Source: Lewinellaceae bacterium (GTDB lineage Bacteria; Bacteroidota; Bacteroidia; Chitinophagales; Saprospiraceae). Taken from it: a DNA stretch of 64,000 nucleotides. The notes below the pieces were generated by a model. The model did no database searches, was not told the DNA's origin, and saw only the letters and a list, made by a program, of their open reading frames with translations. A program made the position numbers and the translations under genes. The stretch lies in the NCBI GenBank assembly GCA_963747415.1, contig CAVVFF010000007.1, positions 582,207-646,206 of the forward strand, written 5' to 3'. Shown here in pieces: positions 9,730 to 19,322 of the stretch (its first letter is position 1; the number at the start of each line of letters is the position of its first letter).

Positions 9730-10528
9730 TTTCTAGCTCTTTTAATTCTTCTATTGATTGGTTGAGGTATTTGGTCACCTCATCCACGTACTGGCTGTCG
9801 GGGTAGCGATTTATAAAGTTTTCCGACAACTCGATGGTGGTGCGCAGGCGTTCCGGCTTACGGGCGCGGAAGCTGCGGCTGGTATATTCGTATTGCACCT
9901 TGGACATCAGGTACCGGATTTCCTCGGCGCGTTGGGTCTCGGGGTAATCCTTTAGGACGTTCTCGAAACTGGTCAGGGCCGATTCATAACGCTCGATATC
10001 CATGTACAGTTTGGCCGATTCGAAGTCCTTCAACTCCATCTTGGCGCGCATTTCGTCGATCAGCGAGTTGGCCTGCGTTACTCTCTCGCTTTCCGGATAC
10101 CGGTTGGCGAATTCCTCAAAGGCCTCGATCGCCTTGACGCTGTAGCTCTGATCCAGACGGTAGGTGGGGCTCATCTGGTAATTGCTGAAGGCAGACATGA
10201 AATCCGCCTCTTCCCGCAGGCTGCTACCCCCATAGGTGGTAGCGAACTGCTTAAAATAGTAGCTGGCCAGTACGTACTGACCGGTATAGTAATAGGTATA
10301 GGCGTAGCGGTAGGCGATCTGTTCGGCCTCCGCCTGTCCACGGTAAGGCGCAATAACCAGCTCGTAAAGCGTCTGGGCCCGTTGGTACTCCTCCGCGAGG
10401 TAGTACTCGTTGGCCTTCACCAGAATCCCTTCCGGGTTACTGCTGGTACGGATCGTTTCGAACTCCGAGCGGCAACCGGTGAAGAGCAGGACGAAAAACA
10501 GGACACTAAAAAGAATGCGGTTCTGCAT
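9722..10528 (-). CDS. bamD: Outer membrane protein assembly lipoprotein BamD
   Basis: Lipobox FTGC; TPRs; YRLDQSYSVKAIEAFEEFANRYPES. Confidence 0.9.
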   Translation of the reverse strand: MQNRILFSVLFFVLLFTGCRSEFETIRTSSNPEGILVKANEYYLAEEYQRAQTLYELVIAPYRGQAEAEQIAYRYAYTYYYTGQYVLASYYFKQFATTYGGSSLREEADFMSAFSNYQMSPTYRLDQSYSVKAIEAFEEFANRYPESERVTQANSLIDEMRAKMELKDFESAKLYMDIERYESALTSFENVLKDYPETQRAEEIRYLMSKVQYEYTSRSFRARKPERLRTTIELSENFINRYPDSQYVDEVTKYLNQSIEELKELENV

Positions 10529-10535
10529 AAGCGCG

Positions 10536-10543
10536 CAAAGATA
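10536..10543 (-). promoter_or_regulatory. Bacteroidota -7 promoter box (TATCTTTG) for the bamD operon
   Basis: Exact TAnnTTTG match 7 nt before the bamD ATG. Confidence 0.65.
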
Positions 10544-10609
10544 AGGGTTTTTAAGAAGACACCCAGGGTAGGGGGCAAGGTTGTATTTTGCCCCCGATCC
10601 ACCGAATCT

Positions 10610-11542
10610 ATGATCCCGCCCCGACTTCCGGAACTACGACTCTACTACAATACGACGATTCGACCCGAGCTCCTGCGTCTTGATGGGCTTCGTAAGCGAA
10701 TTCTTCGCGGGATAGCCATTTCCTTGGCCGGCATTCTTATCGTCATCACGGCATTCCTGGTTTACGATCTGGGGTTTCTCATTTTTCTGCTGGTCCTGCC
10801 GGTGGTCTTTTACGTGGGGTCGCTTTACCTGCGCATCGAACGCTTTCGGCAGTCCTTCAAACCCGCCATCATGCGGTTGCTGCTCGATTTTATCAATGAG
10901 TTGCCCAATTTCCGCAGTTTGCAGTACGAAGCCCAGCGGCCAATCTTGCGCGACCGTTTCGAACGCAGTGGCCTTTTTCGCCCTCACCCCGATAGCTACC
11001 GCGCCGAGGATTACATCCGCGGACTGGTAGGCGAGATGGCCTTCGAAATGGGCGAGGCGTACGTACAGGAAATAAGTCCGGCCAGCAACCGCCTCCAACT
11101 TGTTTTTAGCGGACTGTTCGTCCATGCCATATTCAACGAACCGACAAGCGGAAGGCTAGCGGTTTGGCCACGCTACAAACTCCGGCGATTAAAGCGTTCG
11201 GTTGATGCCTACGTTGGTGCCAACGGACGTTCGGCGGATGTCGAGGTTATGAATAACCGCTTCCAGGAGATTTTTGCCGTGTACGCACATCCCGGTACCA
11301 AGGTTGCCGGTATTCTTACCCCTTCCATGCAGGATGCAATTCTCTCCTTCTACGATCGGGAGCAACGGGATCTGTATTTCGCCGTCCACAACCAGGACCT
11401 TTTCATCGGACTGGAGCACGGTTACGATTTATTGGAACCTCACTTTTTCCAGTCAAACGTATCCTTTCAACTGATCCGCCAATTCTACACCGATATCATG
11501 CTGATCCTGACCGTTATCCAGGATTTTGACCAGACCCACTGA
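10610..11542 (+). CDS. DUF3137-like membrane protein
   Basis: Two N-terminal TM helices; FSGLF, RFQEIFAVY, ILTPSMQDAIL, DLLEP. Confidence 0.7.
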   Translation: MIPPRLPELRLYYNTTIRPELLRLDGLRKRILRGIAISLAGILIVITAFLVYDLGFLIFLLVLPVVFYVGSLYLRIERFRQSFKPAIMRLLLDFINELPNFRSLQYEAQRPILRDRFERSGLFRPHPDSYRAEDYIRGLVGEMAFEMGEAYVQEISPASNRLQLVFSGLFVHAIFNEPTSGRLAVWPRYKLRRLKRSVDAYVGANGRSADVEVMNNRFQEIFAVYAHPGTKVAGILTPSMQDAILSFYDREQRDLYFAVHNQDLFIGLEHGYDLLEPHFFQSNVSFQLIRQFYTDIMLILTVIQDFDQTH

Positions 11543-11548
11543 GGACGC

Positions 11549-12479
11549 CTACTCGATGGGAAGGCTTTCCGTGCCCAATAGGATACCTTCCTTCATCGCG
11601 TAGTTGCTCACGCTTATTCGTTCGATACCGGCCATTTCCACGGTGAAGCGAATAAGTAGCATGGCCACCACGATCAAATCCACACGCTCCGGAGGGATAC
11701 CCTCCATTACCATTCGCTCTTTCTCCGTTGACGCAATTACCTGAAAGTGCAGCGCTTCCAATTTGTTAAAGGCAAGTTGTTGACTGGTGGGGTGGTGCGC
11801 GGTTTGCGTATCCACTAATACTTCGGCCAAAACATCAAATGTTCCCGCGGCCCCGACCAGGTGAGTTGTAGGATACTCTTGCAGAATTTCTCGTAACGGA
11901 GCCAGGTTCCTCGTAAGATATTCATTGAGATTTCTGATTTCCGATTCACTGATGGGATCCGAGAGGTGAAAGACCCGCTGGAGTACCGCAGCTCCAATGG
12001 GGAAGGATTGTCTCCAGTGCACGCCGGCCAGAGAGGCCAGGATGTATTCCGTAGAGCCGCCCCCGATGTCCATAATCAGCACTCGGTCTTCCAAGGTGGG
12101 TAGTGCCGCCAGTACACCGCGCGTAATCAACTCCGCTTCAAGATCGCCATCGATCAATCGCACGATGATGCCGGTTTCCAACTCGGCGGTTCGTACGAAA
12201 ACCTCCCCGTTTGAAGCGGTTCGGAGCGCTGCAGTGCCAATCGCGGTTACCCGGTCAACGCCGTGATTTCCGGATCACCTCGGCAAAGTAACGTAGAGCC
12301 TCGATTCCCCGATTGAAGGGGGCCGGTCCGATGGTTTCGATACCCTCACTCGCCAGCTTTACGAAAACGCGTTCGCGGTAGACTTCGCGAATTCGCTCCC
12401 CCTCCTCCAAGGAAGCGATAAGGAGATGAAAGGTGTTCGTGCCCAGGTCGATAACGGCACGCAGGGATTCATTTGGCAT
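11549..12479 (-). pseudogene. ppx: Ppx/GppA exopolyphosphatase family gene split by a single-base frameshift near 12267-12269
   Basis: N-part VIDLGTNTFHL..VKLASEG; the other frame continues GVDRVTAIGTAALRTASNG, DGDLEAEL, DIGGGSTE, GAAG, LKE-type MKEGIL; deleting one base restores a 309-aa ORF. Confidence 0.8.
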
Positions 12480-12486
12480 AGGCGAA

Positions 12487-13119
12487 TTATTTGGGCGAGG
12501 ACGCAGGTGCAATGGCCGCCGGGGCAGGCAGGCTTTCTCCGGCTCCCAGGGTATAAACCGCCCGTAAGGTGATCGTCCGCCCCCGAAGCCGCGGTGTTTC
12601 CGCAACTTGAAGGTCCATCAACTGACGTGACCATCTGAAATTAACGCCTACAGCGGGAGTGAGATAGACGGTCACGCCAAATTTGATCGCAAACAAATCC
12701 TCGTTGAGGAGAAAGTCTGCTGTCACCTCCTCCCCGGCAGCATCCTCGATGCGGTAGTTGATCAACCGTTGATAGGCCATTCCCGCTTCGGCGGTGAAGC
12801 GCCAATCCTTGAAGTACAGCATCAACGGCAGCTCTACCATATTCAGGTTAAATTCGCTGAAGTCGCTAATATTCAGGCTATTGCGGTTTCGTTTGGCGCC
12901 CTGTTGCGAATAGATGATCTCCGGACCGAGTCGCCAGTGCTCTCCCAACATAGCAACTACGCGTAGCCCCGCATTTATTCCGGGTTGGTGGAAACCCAGG
13001 AGGTCGTCTCCGTCGATCTGGCTCAGGCTGCCACCAGCCAGTACGGAAGCCCGGAAGGTCTGAGCCTGAAGCCCCGTGGTAAGGATAATCAACAATGCAA
13101 AAAGTACACTTTCGCGCAT
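12487..13119 (-). CDS. Outer-membrane beta-barrel (porin family/PorT-like) protein
   Basis: Signal peptide; SQIDGDDLLGFHQPGINAG, EIIYSQQG, LNMVELPLM. Confidence 0.75.
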   Translation of the reverse strand: MRESVLFALLIILTTGLQAQTFRASVLAGGSLSQIDGDDLLGFHQPGINAGLRVVAMLGEHWRLGPEIIYSQQGAKRNRNSLNISDFSEFNLNMVELPLMLYFKDWRFTAEAGMAYQRLINYRIEDAAGEEVTADFLLNEDLFAIKFGVTVYLTPAVGVNFRWSRQLMDLQVAETPRLRGRTITLRAVYTLGAGESLPAPAAIAPASSPK

Positions 13120-13123
13120 GGGA

Positions 13124-13189
13124 CAAAGGTAAGCGACCAATACAACAGAAAGCGCGGAACAGCTATTAGTGGTCCACCAGTTACCTTTG
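13124..13189. promoter_or_regulatory. Divergent promoter pair (two TACCTTTG boxes)
   Basis: TACCTTTG on minus at 13124-13131 and on plus at 13182-13189 between divergent genes. Confidence 0.6.
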
Positions 13190-13226
13190 CCCGTTCCGAC
13201 AATTTTCGTTCCTGCGTCCCCGCCAA

Positions 13227-13523
13227 ATGATTTCTACTACTAAACATTCCCTGAAAAAGCTGGAAACGCTGATGAAGGAATTGGGCTATACCGTACGGTA
13301 CGAGAAAGGAAATTTTACCTCAGGCTTCTGTCTGGTGGAGCAGCGCCGGGTGGCCATCGTCAATAAATTTTACGATACCGAGGGCAGGGTGAACGTGCTT
13401 CTGGATATTCTTAGCGGGTATCCGGTGGCTCCGGAAGGGACGGAGCTGACGCCGGCCTCGGAGAAGATGTTGACCAAGGTCCGCCGACTGCTAAGCCGGC
13501 AGGCCGATAGCGAAGAGGAGTAG
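13227..13523 (+). CDS. Conserved hypothetical protein
   Basis: LGYTVRYEKGNFTSGFCLV..VNKF; follows a TAnnTTTG promoter. Confidence 0.7.
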   Translation: MISTTKHSLKKLETLMKELGYTVRYEKGNFTSGFCLVEQRRVAIVNKFYDTEGRVNVLLDILSGYPVAPEGTELTPASEKMLTKVRRLLSRQADSEEE

Positions 13524-14195
13524 TTACTCGGGTCGGTCGTCCTTGTCGTAGAACAGAATACCCTCCCAGGGTACGTCGAGTTCCTGCGTCATCTTCCAGC
13601 GGCGACTATCGGGGTTCATATAGTAAACCGTACGACGCTCGTCCGTAGTTCCCATGCTTTCCGTTTTACGACGGGCAATCTGGATAAGGTCGAAATTCGT
13701 ATCCAGGTCCACGTCCGTAATGTAGCTGTCCATTTGGAGACATTCCGTTCCGGCGCAATCCCGGTAGGCGAGAGTTTTGAGATGCTTAACCTTTCCGTCG
13801 CGGATGGCAAACATGTCAATCTGGTCCCGACGGGGACCGTCAAGGCGGGTGAGGTAAAGATTCTCGTCGATGCCGTGTATGGCGATCGTCGAATACAGCG
13901 TGGCATCATCCTTCATCGCCATTTTGCGAAAGCGGGGCGGGAGGAGTGCCATAGCGGTATCGGTCATTTCCTGCCCACGGAGCAAGTAGGTTTCTAAGGG
14001 GTCCAGGGCGGGGTCGATATAGATATGGAGATAACCCACATTGGACTCATCAAAGGTCGTGGCGAACAGGTCCGCTCCGGTAGCTTCTTCAAAAGCAGTG
14101 GTTTGCAGACCTTCCCCGCCTACGTCCACCGGGCTCTGAGCTACGGTAACCGAGGCAAGTAAAAGGCAAAAAATAGTTAGGAGGTGGTGATGCAT
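13524..14195 (-). CDS. Hypothetical secreted protein
   Basis: Signal peptide MHHHLLTIFCLLLASVTVAQ; open frame of 223 aa. Confidence 0.65.
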   Translation of the reverse strand: MHHHLLTIFCLLLASVTVAQSPVDVGGEGLQTTAFEEATGADLFATTFDESNVGYLHIYIDPALDPLETYLLRGQEMTDTAMALLPPRFRKMAMKDDATLYSTIAIHGIDENLYLTRLDGPRRDQIDMFAIRDGKVKHLKTLAYRDCAGTECLQMDSYITDVDLDTNFDLIQIARRKTESMGTTDERRTVYYMNPDSRRWKMTQELDVPWEGILFYDKDDRPE

Positions 14196-14290
14196 CGGGT
14201 ATGTTGTTTCTTTGCAAATGCAACGCGAGAAGGGGGCAGAGGTGTTCTGTCGTCCCGTTTTCGCTACCACAATAGCAGAAATTGTCACCC

Positions 14291-14476
14291 ATGAGCTATG
14301 CCGAGGCCCTGGCCGAGCTGGAATCCATACTTCTCGAATTACAGAAAACCCCGGTGGACATCGACCAGTTACACGCCCGGGTTGCCCGGGCCGAGCAGTT
14401 GATTGCAACGTGCAGGGCAAGTTTGCGGAGCGTTGAAGATGAATTAGGAAAGCTGCGGAAAACTACTCAGGATTAG
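14291..14476 (+). CDS. xseB: Exodeoxyribonuclease VII small subunit
   Basis: MSYAEALAELESIL..VDIDQL..RAEQLIATCRASL. Confidence 0.85.
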   Translation: MSYAEALAELESILLELQKTPVDIDQLHARVARAEQLIATCRASLRSVEDELGKLRKTTQD

Positions 14477-14496
14477 GCCGTAAAGAATGTTGATTT

Positions 14497-15336
14497 ATGG
14501 AAAAATTAGCCTTAGTTACCGGTGCTACCACCGGCATCGGCTTTGAAACAGCGAAGGCGCTCGCCTGGTCCGGGTTTCACGTGCTACTTCATGGCAGGAC
14601 ACTCGAGAAAGCCCGTGCCGCCGCTTCGCGGATCGATGAAGGGAAGGTAACTCCCGTACACGCTGACCTTTCCGATCAAATGGCTATTCGAGGGCTGGCG
14701 GATAAGATTGCCGCAAACTATCCGCCACTGGATGTGCTGGTCAATAATGCCGGCGTGTGGAACTCCCATCGCGAGCTTTCTCCCGACGGTATTGAGCTGA
14801 CCTTCGCGGTCAATCACCTCGCCTGCTTTCTCCTTACCGGACTTTTGCTCGACCGGCTTCGGCCCGGGGGGAGGATCATTTGTGTTTCGAGCGACAGCCA
14901 CAAGCAGGTAAGGGGCTTATCCTTGAAGGACATTAGTCTGAAGGGACAGTATCACGGGCTCAAAAGCTACGCCCAAAGCAAGCTGGCGAACGTGCTCTTC
15001 TGCTACGAATACGATCGAAGAAAGAAAGACGGGACCACCATTGCCGCGGTACAACCCGGACTCGTGCAGACGGATATCGGTATCAAGGGAAACACCTGGT
15101 TGCATCGGCTTGCCTGGCGGGTACGCCGACGCATGGGGGGGAATAAAACACCCGCGCAGGGCGCCCAGACGAGTATTTTCCTGGCCACCGTTGCCGACCA
15201 GCCACCAAGTGGACTTTACTGGGATGACAGTATGCCGAAGCGAAGTTACTCCAGCAGTTACGACGAGACGGAAGCCAGGAAGCTTTGGGAGCTTAGTGAA
15301 GAATTAACCGGATTCAAATACGATTTCAGGGCTTAG
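14497..15336 (+). CDS. SDR oxidoreductase (retinol dehydrogenase-like)
   Basis: TGATTGIG, VNNAG, VNHLACF, YAQSK, VQPG. Confidence 0.9.
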   Translation: MEKLALVTGATTGIGFETAKALAWSGFHVLLHGRTLEKARAAASRIDEGKVTPVHADLSDQMAIRGLADKIAANYPPLDVLVNNAGVWNSHRELSPDGIELTFAVNHLACFLLTGLLLDRLRPGGRIICVSSDSHKQVRGLSLKDISLKGQYHGLKSYAQSKLANVLFCYEYDRRKKDGTTIAAVQPGLVQTDIGIKGNTWLHRLAWRVRRRMGGNKTPAQGAQTSIFLATVADQPPSGLYWDDSMPKRSYSSSYDETEARKLWELSEELTGFKYDFRA

Positions 15337-16183
15337 CGCTCCGCATGGTTAAGGCTTCTATATTTTCGGGTGCCGGTGGTTGCTCGCGGTATCGGCTGAA
15401 GACCCGTTCCAGTACCCGCATGCGGATTGATCTAGGCGTGATGTAGCTCGTCCACACGAGAACTCGTGTCAGTAGACCGGGAATGATCACGGCCTTTCCC
15501 GACAACATGCCTCGGATAGTCTGCGGAGCGATGGCATCGGGGGTGGTGACCAGCAGCTTAGCCCGGGCACCCTGTGCTTCCAGTCTGCGCAGGCCGTCTT
15601 CGTTGGTCAGCACTGGTCCCGGACAAAGGACGGAGACGCTTACACCGTGGTGGCGGAATTCTTCTCGCAGGGCAAGGGAGAAATTGTAAACGAAGGCCTT
15701 GGTGCCCGTATAGACGGTCTTGTAGGGGAGGGGCAGCGTTGCCTCCATACTGCTCAGATTCAGCACCCCGCCGCCGTATGTCCGTAATTGAGGGAGAAGG
15801 CGATAGGTAAGCTCTACCATCACCTGATTATTTAGCAAAAGCATGCTCCGGTATTCCTGCCAGCTGGTATTCTCAAAGAGTCCGCCCCGGCCAAAACCGG
15901 CATTGTTTATGAGGTAACTAACAGTAATCTGCTCGGTTTCCAGCCAGTCGAGGACCCGGCCGATAGCGCCCTCCTTGATCAGGTCGATACCCAGAAACTT
16001 GTAGCCGGCGCCGGAGATCGAGGAGAATTTCTTGCAGGCAACATTTTGATTTTCGTCGGGAAGCGCAACTACGGCTATCCCCAGGCCCTGGCGCAGACAC
16101 TCGCAGGCTAGTGACAGTCCAATTCCGTGGGTTCCTCCGGTGATAAGGACCCATTCCGCGGCCGGCGGCGTGCTCAAATTCAT
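15326..16183 (-). CDS. SDR oxidoreductase (DltE-like)
   Basis: TGGTHGIG, INNAGFG, YTGTK (YxxxK), LCPGPV. Confidence 0.88.
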   Translation of the reverse strand: MNLSTPPAAEWVLITGGTHGIGLSLACECLRQGLGIAVVALPDENQNVACKKFSSISGAGYKFLGIDLIKEGAIGRVLDWLETEQITVSYLINNAGFGRGGLFENTSWQEYRSMLLLNNQVMVELTYRLLPQLRTYGGGVLNLSSMEATLPLPYKTVYTGTKAFVYNFSLALREEFRHHGVSVSVLCPGPVLTNEDGLRRLEAQGARAKLLVTTPDAIAPQTIRGMLSGKAVIIPGLLTRVLVWTSYITPRSIRMRVLERVFSRYREQPPAPENIEALTMRSAKP

Positions 16184-16256
16184 GGCCTAAAGGTAACCAA
16201 CAGTCGGTCCCAGCCTAATATCTTTTTGCCTACTTATCAGAAAATTCTGTATGCGG

Positions 16257-17075
16257 TCAACCGGCAACTTCTACCGGGGGTGACAGGACGTTTATGGCAC
16301 GGTTGAGAAATCCGGGGATCACCGAATCATGCGTATGCGAGATTTTAGTCCGGTCCGTTAGGTCAGCCATAAGGCGTAACCACTTTTCACGTCCGTGTTC
16401 GGCGATAACCTCGGACTTGATGTCGGGCCGGCTAAAATGTTCTAACATACCGTCGGCGTCGGCTTCGGGGTGAAACTGCGTACCTACGATTTCAGGTGTC
16501 CAGCGTATGGCCATAGTAGCCCGCTCCAAATCGACATGTGGACGCTCCTTTTCTATGGCGATGATGGTGGCCTCCAACTCCTCCATACGCTCCGGGTCGG
16601 GCTGAATGACTTGAAAACGGCGAAAATCAGCGGCCACGAAAGGATCTTCGAGACCCGTAAAGATGGGATCGTCCGTGCCTTCCTCCGTAATGTGCATGGG
16701 AAAGGTGCCGAAACTCAGGCCTCGCCGCTGGGTAACTTCCGCCATTCCCAGGTGGTGGACAGCCATTTGGAAACTATGACAGATGAAGAAGATGAATTTC
16801 TTACGCTCGTTTTCATCATTGTACTCGCGGACGGAATCGAACCACTCTCCCCACAGGCCCTCCCAGACACCATCGCCTTCGCGGGGATCGCCGGGGCCTC
16901 CACTGCTGATGTAGATGTCGTAGGACAAGTCGGGAAGATGGTGCTGGGTGCGCACGTCGAATATGTCGTATTCAACGCGGTCGCTGAACTGTTCTACGAT
17001 CTCGCGAATACACCGCATGCCCTGGTTGGGAATGCCGTTATAGAGATCGAGGATGGCGAGTCGGAGACGGCTCAT
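16257..17075 (-). CDS. Class I glutamine amidotransferase-like protein
   Basis: SGGPGDP, FFICHSFQM (nucleophile Cys), GTQFHPE (His-Glu). Confidence 0.85.
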   Translation of the reverse strand: MSRLRLAILDLYNGIPNQGMRCIREIVEQFSDRVEYDIFDVRTQHHLPDLSYDIYISSGGPGDPREGDGVWEGLWGEWFDSVREYNDENERKKFIFFICHSFQMAVHHLGMAEVTQRRGLSFGTFPMHITEEGTDDPIFTGLEDPFVAADFRRFQVIQPDPERMEELEATIIAIEKERPHVDLERATMAIRWTPEIVGTQFHPEADADGMLEHFSRPDIKSEVIAEHGREKWLRLMADLTDRTKISHTHDSVIPGFLNRAINVLSPPVEVAG

Positions 17076-17268
17076 GGTTTCTTGGGGTTTAAATCTGGCA
17101 ACGTTCTTAAGACGGTTGAACGTGGAGAAAGTGACGGTGAGGTACGGACAAGTTAGGGGTTTGTCATTAAACGGACGCGACCGTTCAGGCAGTATCGGGC
17201 TATGTATCTGCGTTAAATCCCCCGAACATCGGAGGAGCTCCCGTGTTCGAACAATAAACATCATTGAC

Positions 17269-17829
17269 ATGGAAAAGATCAGAGATCACAAAGAATACGA
17301 GGGCAATCCCGTTGGCCTCAGCGAAGAAACCTGCGCCACTATGCGCGAGCATCTAGACCGCCACCTGGCGGCCCTGTGGATACAATATTTCCAGTACCAC
17401 AAACACCACTGGCTGGTGGAAGGCCCTCAGTTTCGGGACCTCCATTTGTTTCTGGAAGATAATTACAACGAGATCCACGAACAGGCCGACGCCGTTGCCG
17501 AACGCATTACCCTGCTTGGGTACGACCCCACGACTCGCATGGAGAATTACGTCAAGCTATCGTATATCGAACAGGAACCCGAAGGCGTCTACCGGATCCG
17601 TGACGGGATCAAAGCGGATATGAATAACGAGAAGGCGATTGCCCAGGAATTCCGAAAGTCGATCCAGAAAGCATTCGAGCTCGGAGATTTCGGCACGAAA
17701 GCCATGCTGGAGGAGTTTCTATACAAAATTGAAGACCGCGCGCACCACTGTGAGCACTTCCTCGGAGAGGATAGTCTGGCCGTAGGTTACCTGCACAGCG
17801 AGAAAGAAGCCAGGGCGGAACAGAACTAG
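17269..17829 (+). CDS. dps: Dps family ferritin-like DNA protection protein
   Basis: YHKHHWLVEGPQFRDLHLFLED..ADAVAERITLLG ferroxidase motifs. Confidence 0.9.
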   Translation: MEKIRDHKEYEGNPVGLSEETCATMREHLDRHLAALWIQYFQYHKHHWLVEGPQFRDLHLFLEDNYNEIHEQADAVAERITLLGYDPTTRMENYVKLSYIEQEPEGVYRIRDGIKADMNNEKAIAQEFRKSIQKAFELGDFGTKAMLEEFLYKIEDRAHHCEHFLGEDSLAVGYLHSEKEARAEQN

Positions 17830-17850
17830 TATCCACAACGTGGATAAGGT

Positions 17851-17893
17851 AAGCGCCGCCGTTCCCAGATTGGGAGCGGCGGCTTGCTTTTTA
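17851..17893. terminator. Intrinsic terminator between convergent dps and yjjG-like genes
   Basis: GCCGCCGTTCCCA-gat-TGGGAGCGGCGGC stem followed by a T run. Confidence 0.75.
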
Positions 17894-18577
17894 CAGATAT
17901 TCAAGTAGTTCCGTTATTGCACGAATGCGCAGGGTCTCTCCGAGGTCTTTGCGGTTCGCGGCTCCGGGTCTCCGGTACCAGCATGCATCGAAGCCGTAGG
18001 ATAGCGCCCCTTGAATATCGGCATTCGGGTTATCGCCGATGACGAGCACTTTCCGGGGATCGGGCCGTCCCATCTGGCTGTCAGCGTGATCAAAAAAGGC
18101 GGCGTCTGGTTTGGCTACCCCGAGTTCGTCGCTGATTGCGATAAACTCAAAAAAGGGTGCGATGCCGGTGTTTTCCAGTCGGGGGCGTTGCACCTCGGAA
18201 AGGCCATTGGTAATAAGGCCCAGGTGAAATTTCTTACCTGCCTGTTCCAGTACCGATAGCGCCCCCGGGATCAGATGGTGGCTGGCGGCAAGATAATTGC
18301 GATAACTGAGTGATAAATCTTCGGCCGGGTGATCGTGGCGATAATGCGCTAGTAACCTTTGAAATCGGATATCTCGAAGTTGTTCCTTTGGCAACCTCCC
18401 TTTTTCGTAATCGCTCCATGCTTCCCGATTGATTAACTGATAGGTCCCGAGAACTTCCTGGGACCATTCGATATCCCGTTCGACCAGCGTCCGTTCCAGC
18501 GCGTGCGCTTCGGCGGCATCGAAATCCCAGATGGTGTTGTCAGCGTCGAAAAGTAGCCAGGAATACATGAATAGCAT
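17891..18577 (-). CDS. YjjG-family HAD nucleotidase
   Basis: LFDADNTIWDF, ITNG, AKPD, IGDNPNADI. Confidence 0.88.
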   Translation of the reverse strand: MLFMYSWLLFDADNTIWDFDAAEAHALERTLVERDIEWSQEVLGTYQLINREAWSDYEKGRLPKEQLRDIRFQRLLAHYRHDHPAEDLSLSYRNYLAASHHLIPGALSVLEQAGKKFHLGLITNGLSEVQRPRLENTGIAPFFEFIAISDELGVAKPDAAFFDHADSQMGRPDPRKVLVIGDNPNADIQGALSYGFDACWYRRPGAANRKDLGETLRIRAITELLEYL

Positions 18578-18698
18578 TTAGGGGCGGGCGAAGGTAGTCC
18601 ATACCCCCATTTGCAAGCCGTTAACAAGATTGTTGCAGCCTAATTGGGGGTAAGTACGTTATTTGTACATTCTTTGTGATACACAAAACCAGAATAAC

Positions 18699-19208
18699 AT
18701 GCTTACTTTCCGCTTTTCGCTGCTCGCCACCCTCCTGATGGCCTTCAGCGTCTTCTCCTGTCAACAAGGTAACGACGATGTACGTGAGGCTGCGCGCCAG
18801 AACATCGAAACGGTTACTCCCGCCAATCCTAATGCCGCCGCTCCCGCTCAGGCAAACGTCGCTACGCCTACCGGGCCGACCACTTCGCTAGAATTCGCAG
18901 AAACTGCCTTCGATTTCGGTCAGGTCACCGAAGGGGAGATCATCACCCACACTTACGCCTTCACCAACACCGGTGCAGAGCCCCTCATCATCACGGATGC
19001 GAAAGGAAGCTGCGGTTGTACCGTCCCCAGCCGTCCGACCGCCCCGATCGCCCCCGGCGAGACCGGTGAGATCACCGTTCGCTTCGACAGCAACAATAAG
19101 GTAGGTCAGCGTAACCAGCGCGTGACGATAACCGCCAACACCGATCCCGCTCAGACCGTAATCGCCCTGAACGGAACCGTAGTAGCCGATCCGAACGCCG
19201 TACAATAA
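18699..19208 (+). CDS. DUF1573 domain lipoprotein
   Basis: Lipobox VFSC; FDFGQV..FTNTGAEPLII..SCGCT..PIAPGETG. Confidence 0.85.
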   Translation: MLTFRFSLLATLLMAFSVFSCQQGNDDVREAARQNIETVTPANPNAAAPAQANVATPTGPTTSLEFAETAFDFGQVTEGEIITHTYAFTNTGAEPLIITDAKGSCGCTVPSRPTAPIAPGETGEITVRFDSNNKVGQRNQRVTITANTDPAQTVIALNGTVVADPNAVQ

Positions 19209-19238
19209 GCCCTCAGGCATACCGGTATAGAACATTTT

Positions 19239-19270
19239 ATGCCCCGTTCACCTCTGGTGGACGGGGCATC
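19239..19270 (+). terminator. Probable intrinsic terminator
   Basis: ATGCCCCGTTCAC..GTGGACGGGGCAT stem. Confidence 0.6.
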
Positions 19271-19322
19271 TTGTATTTAGTTCAGTAGGTAAATCCTACT
19301 TTTGCGCTTTTCTTGATTGCCA

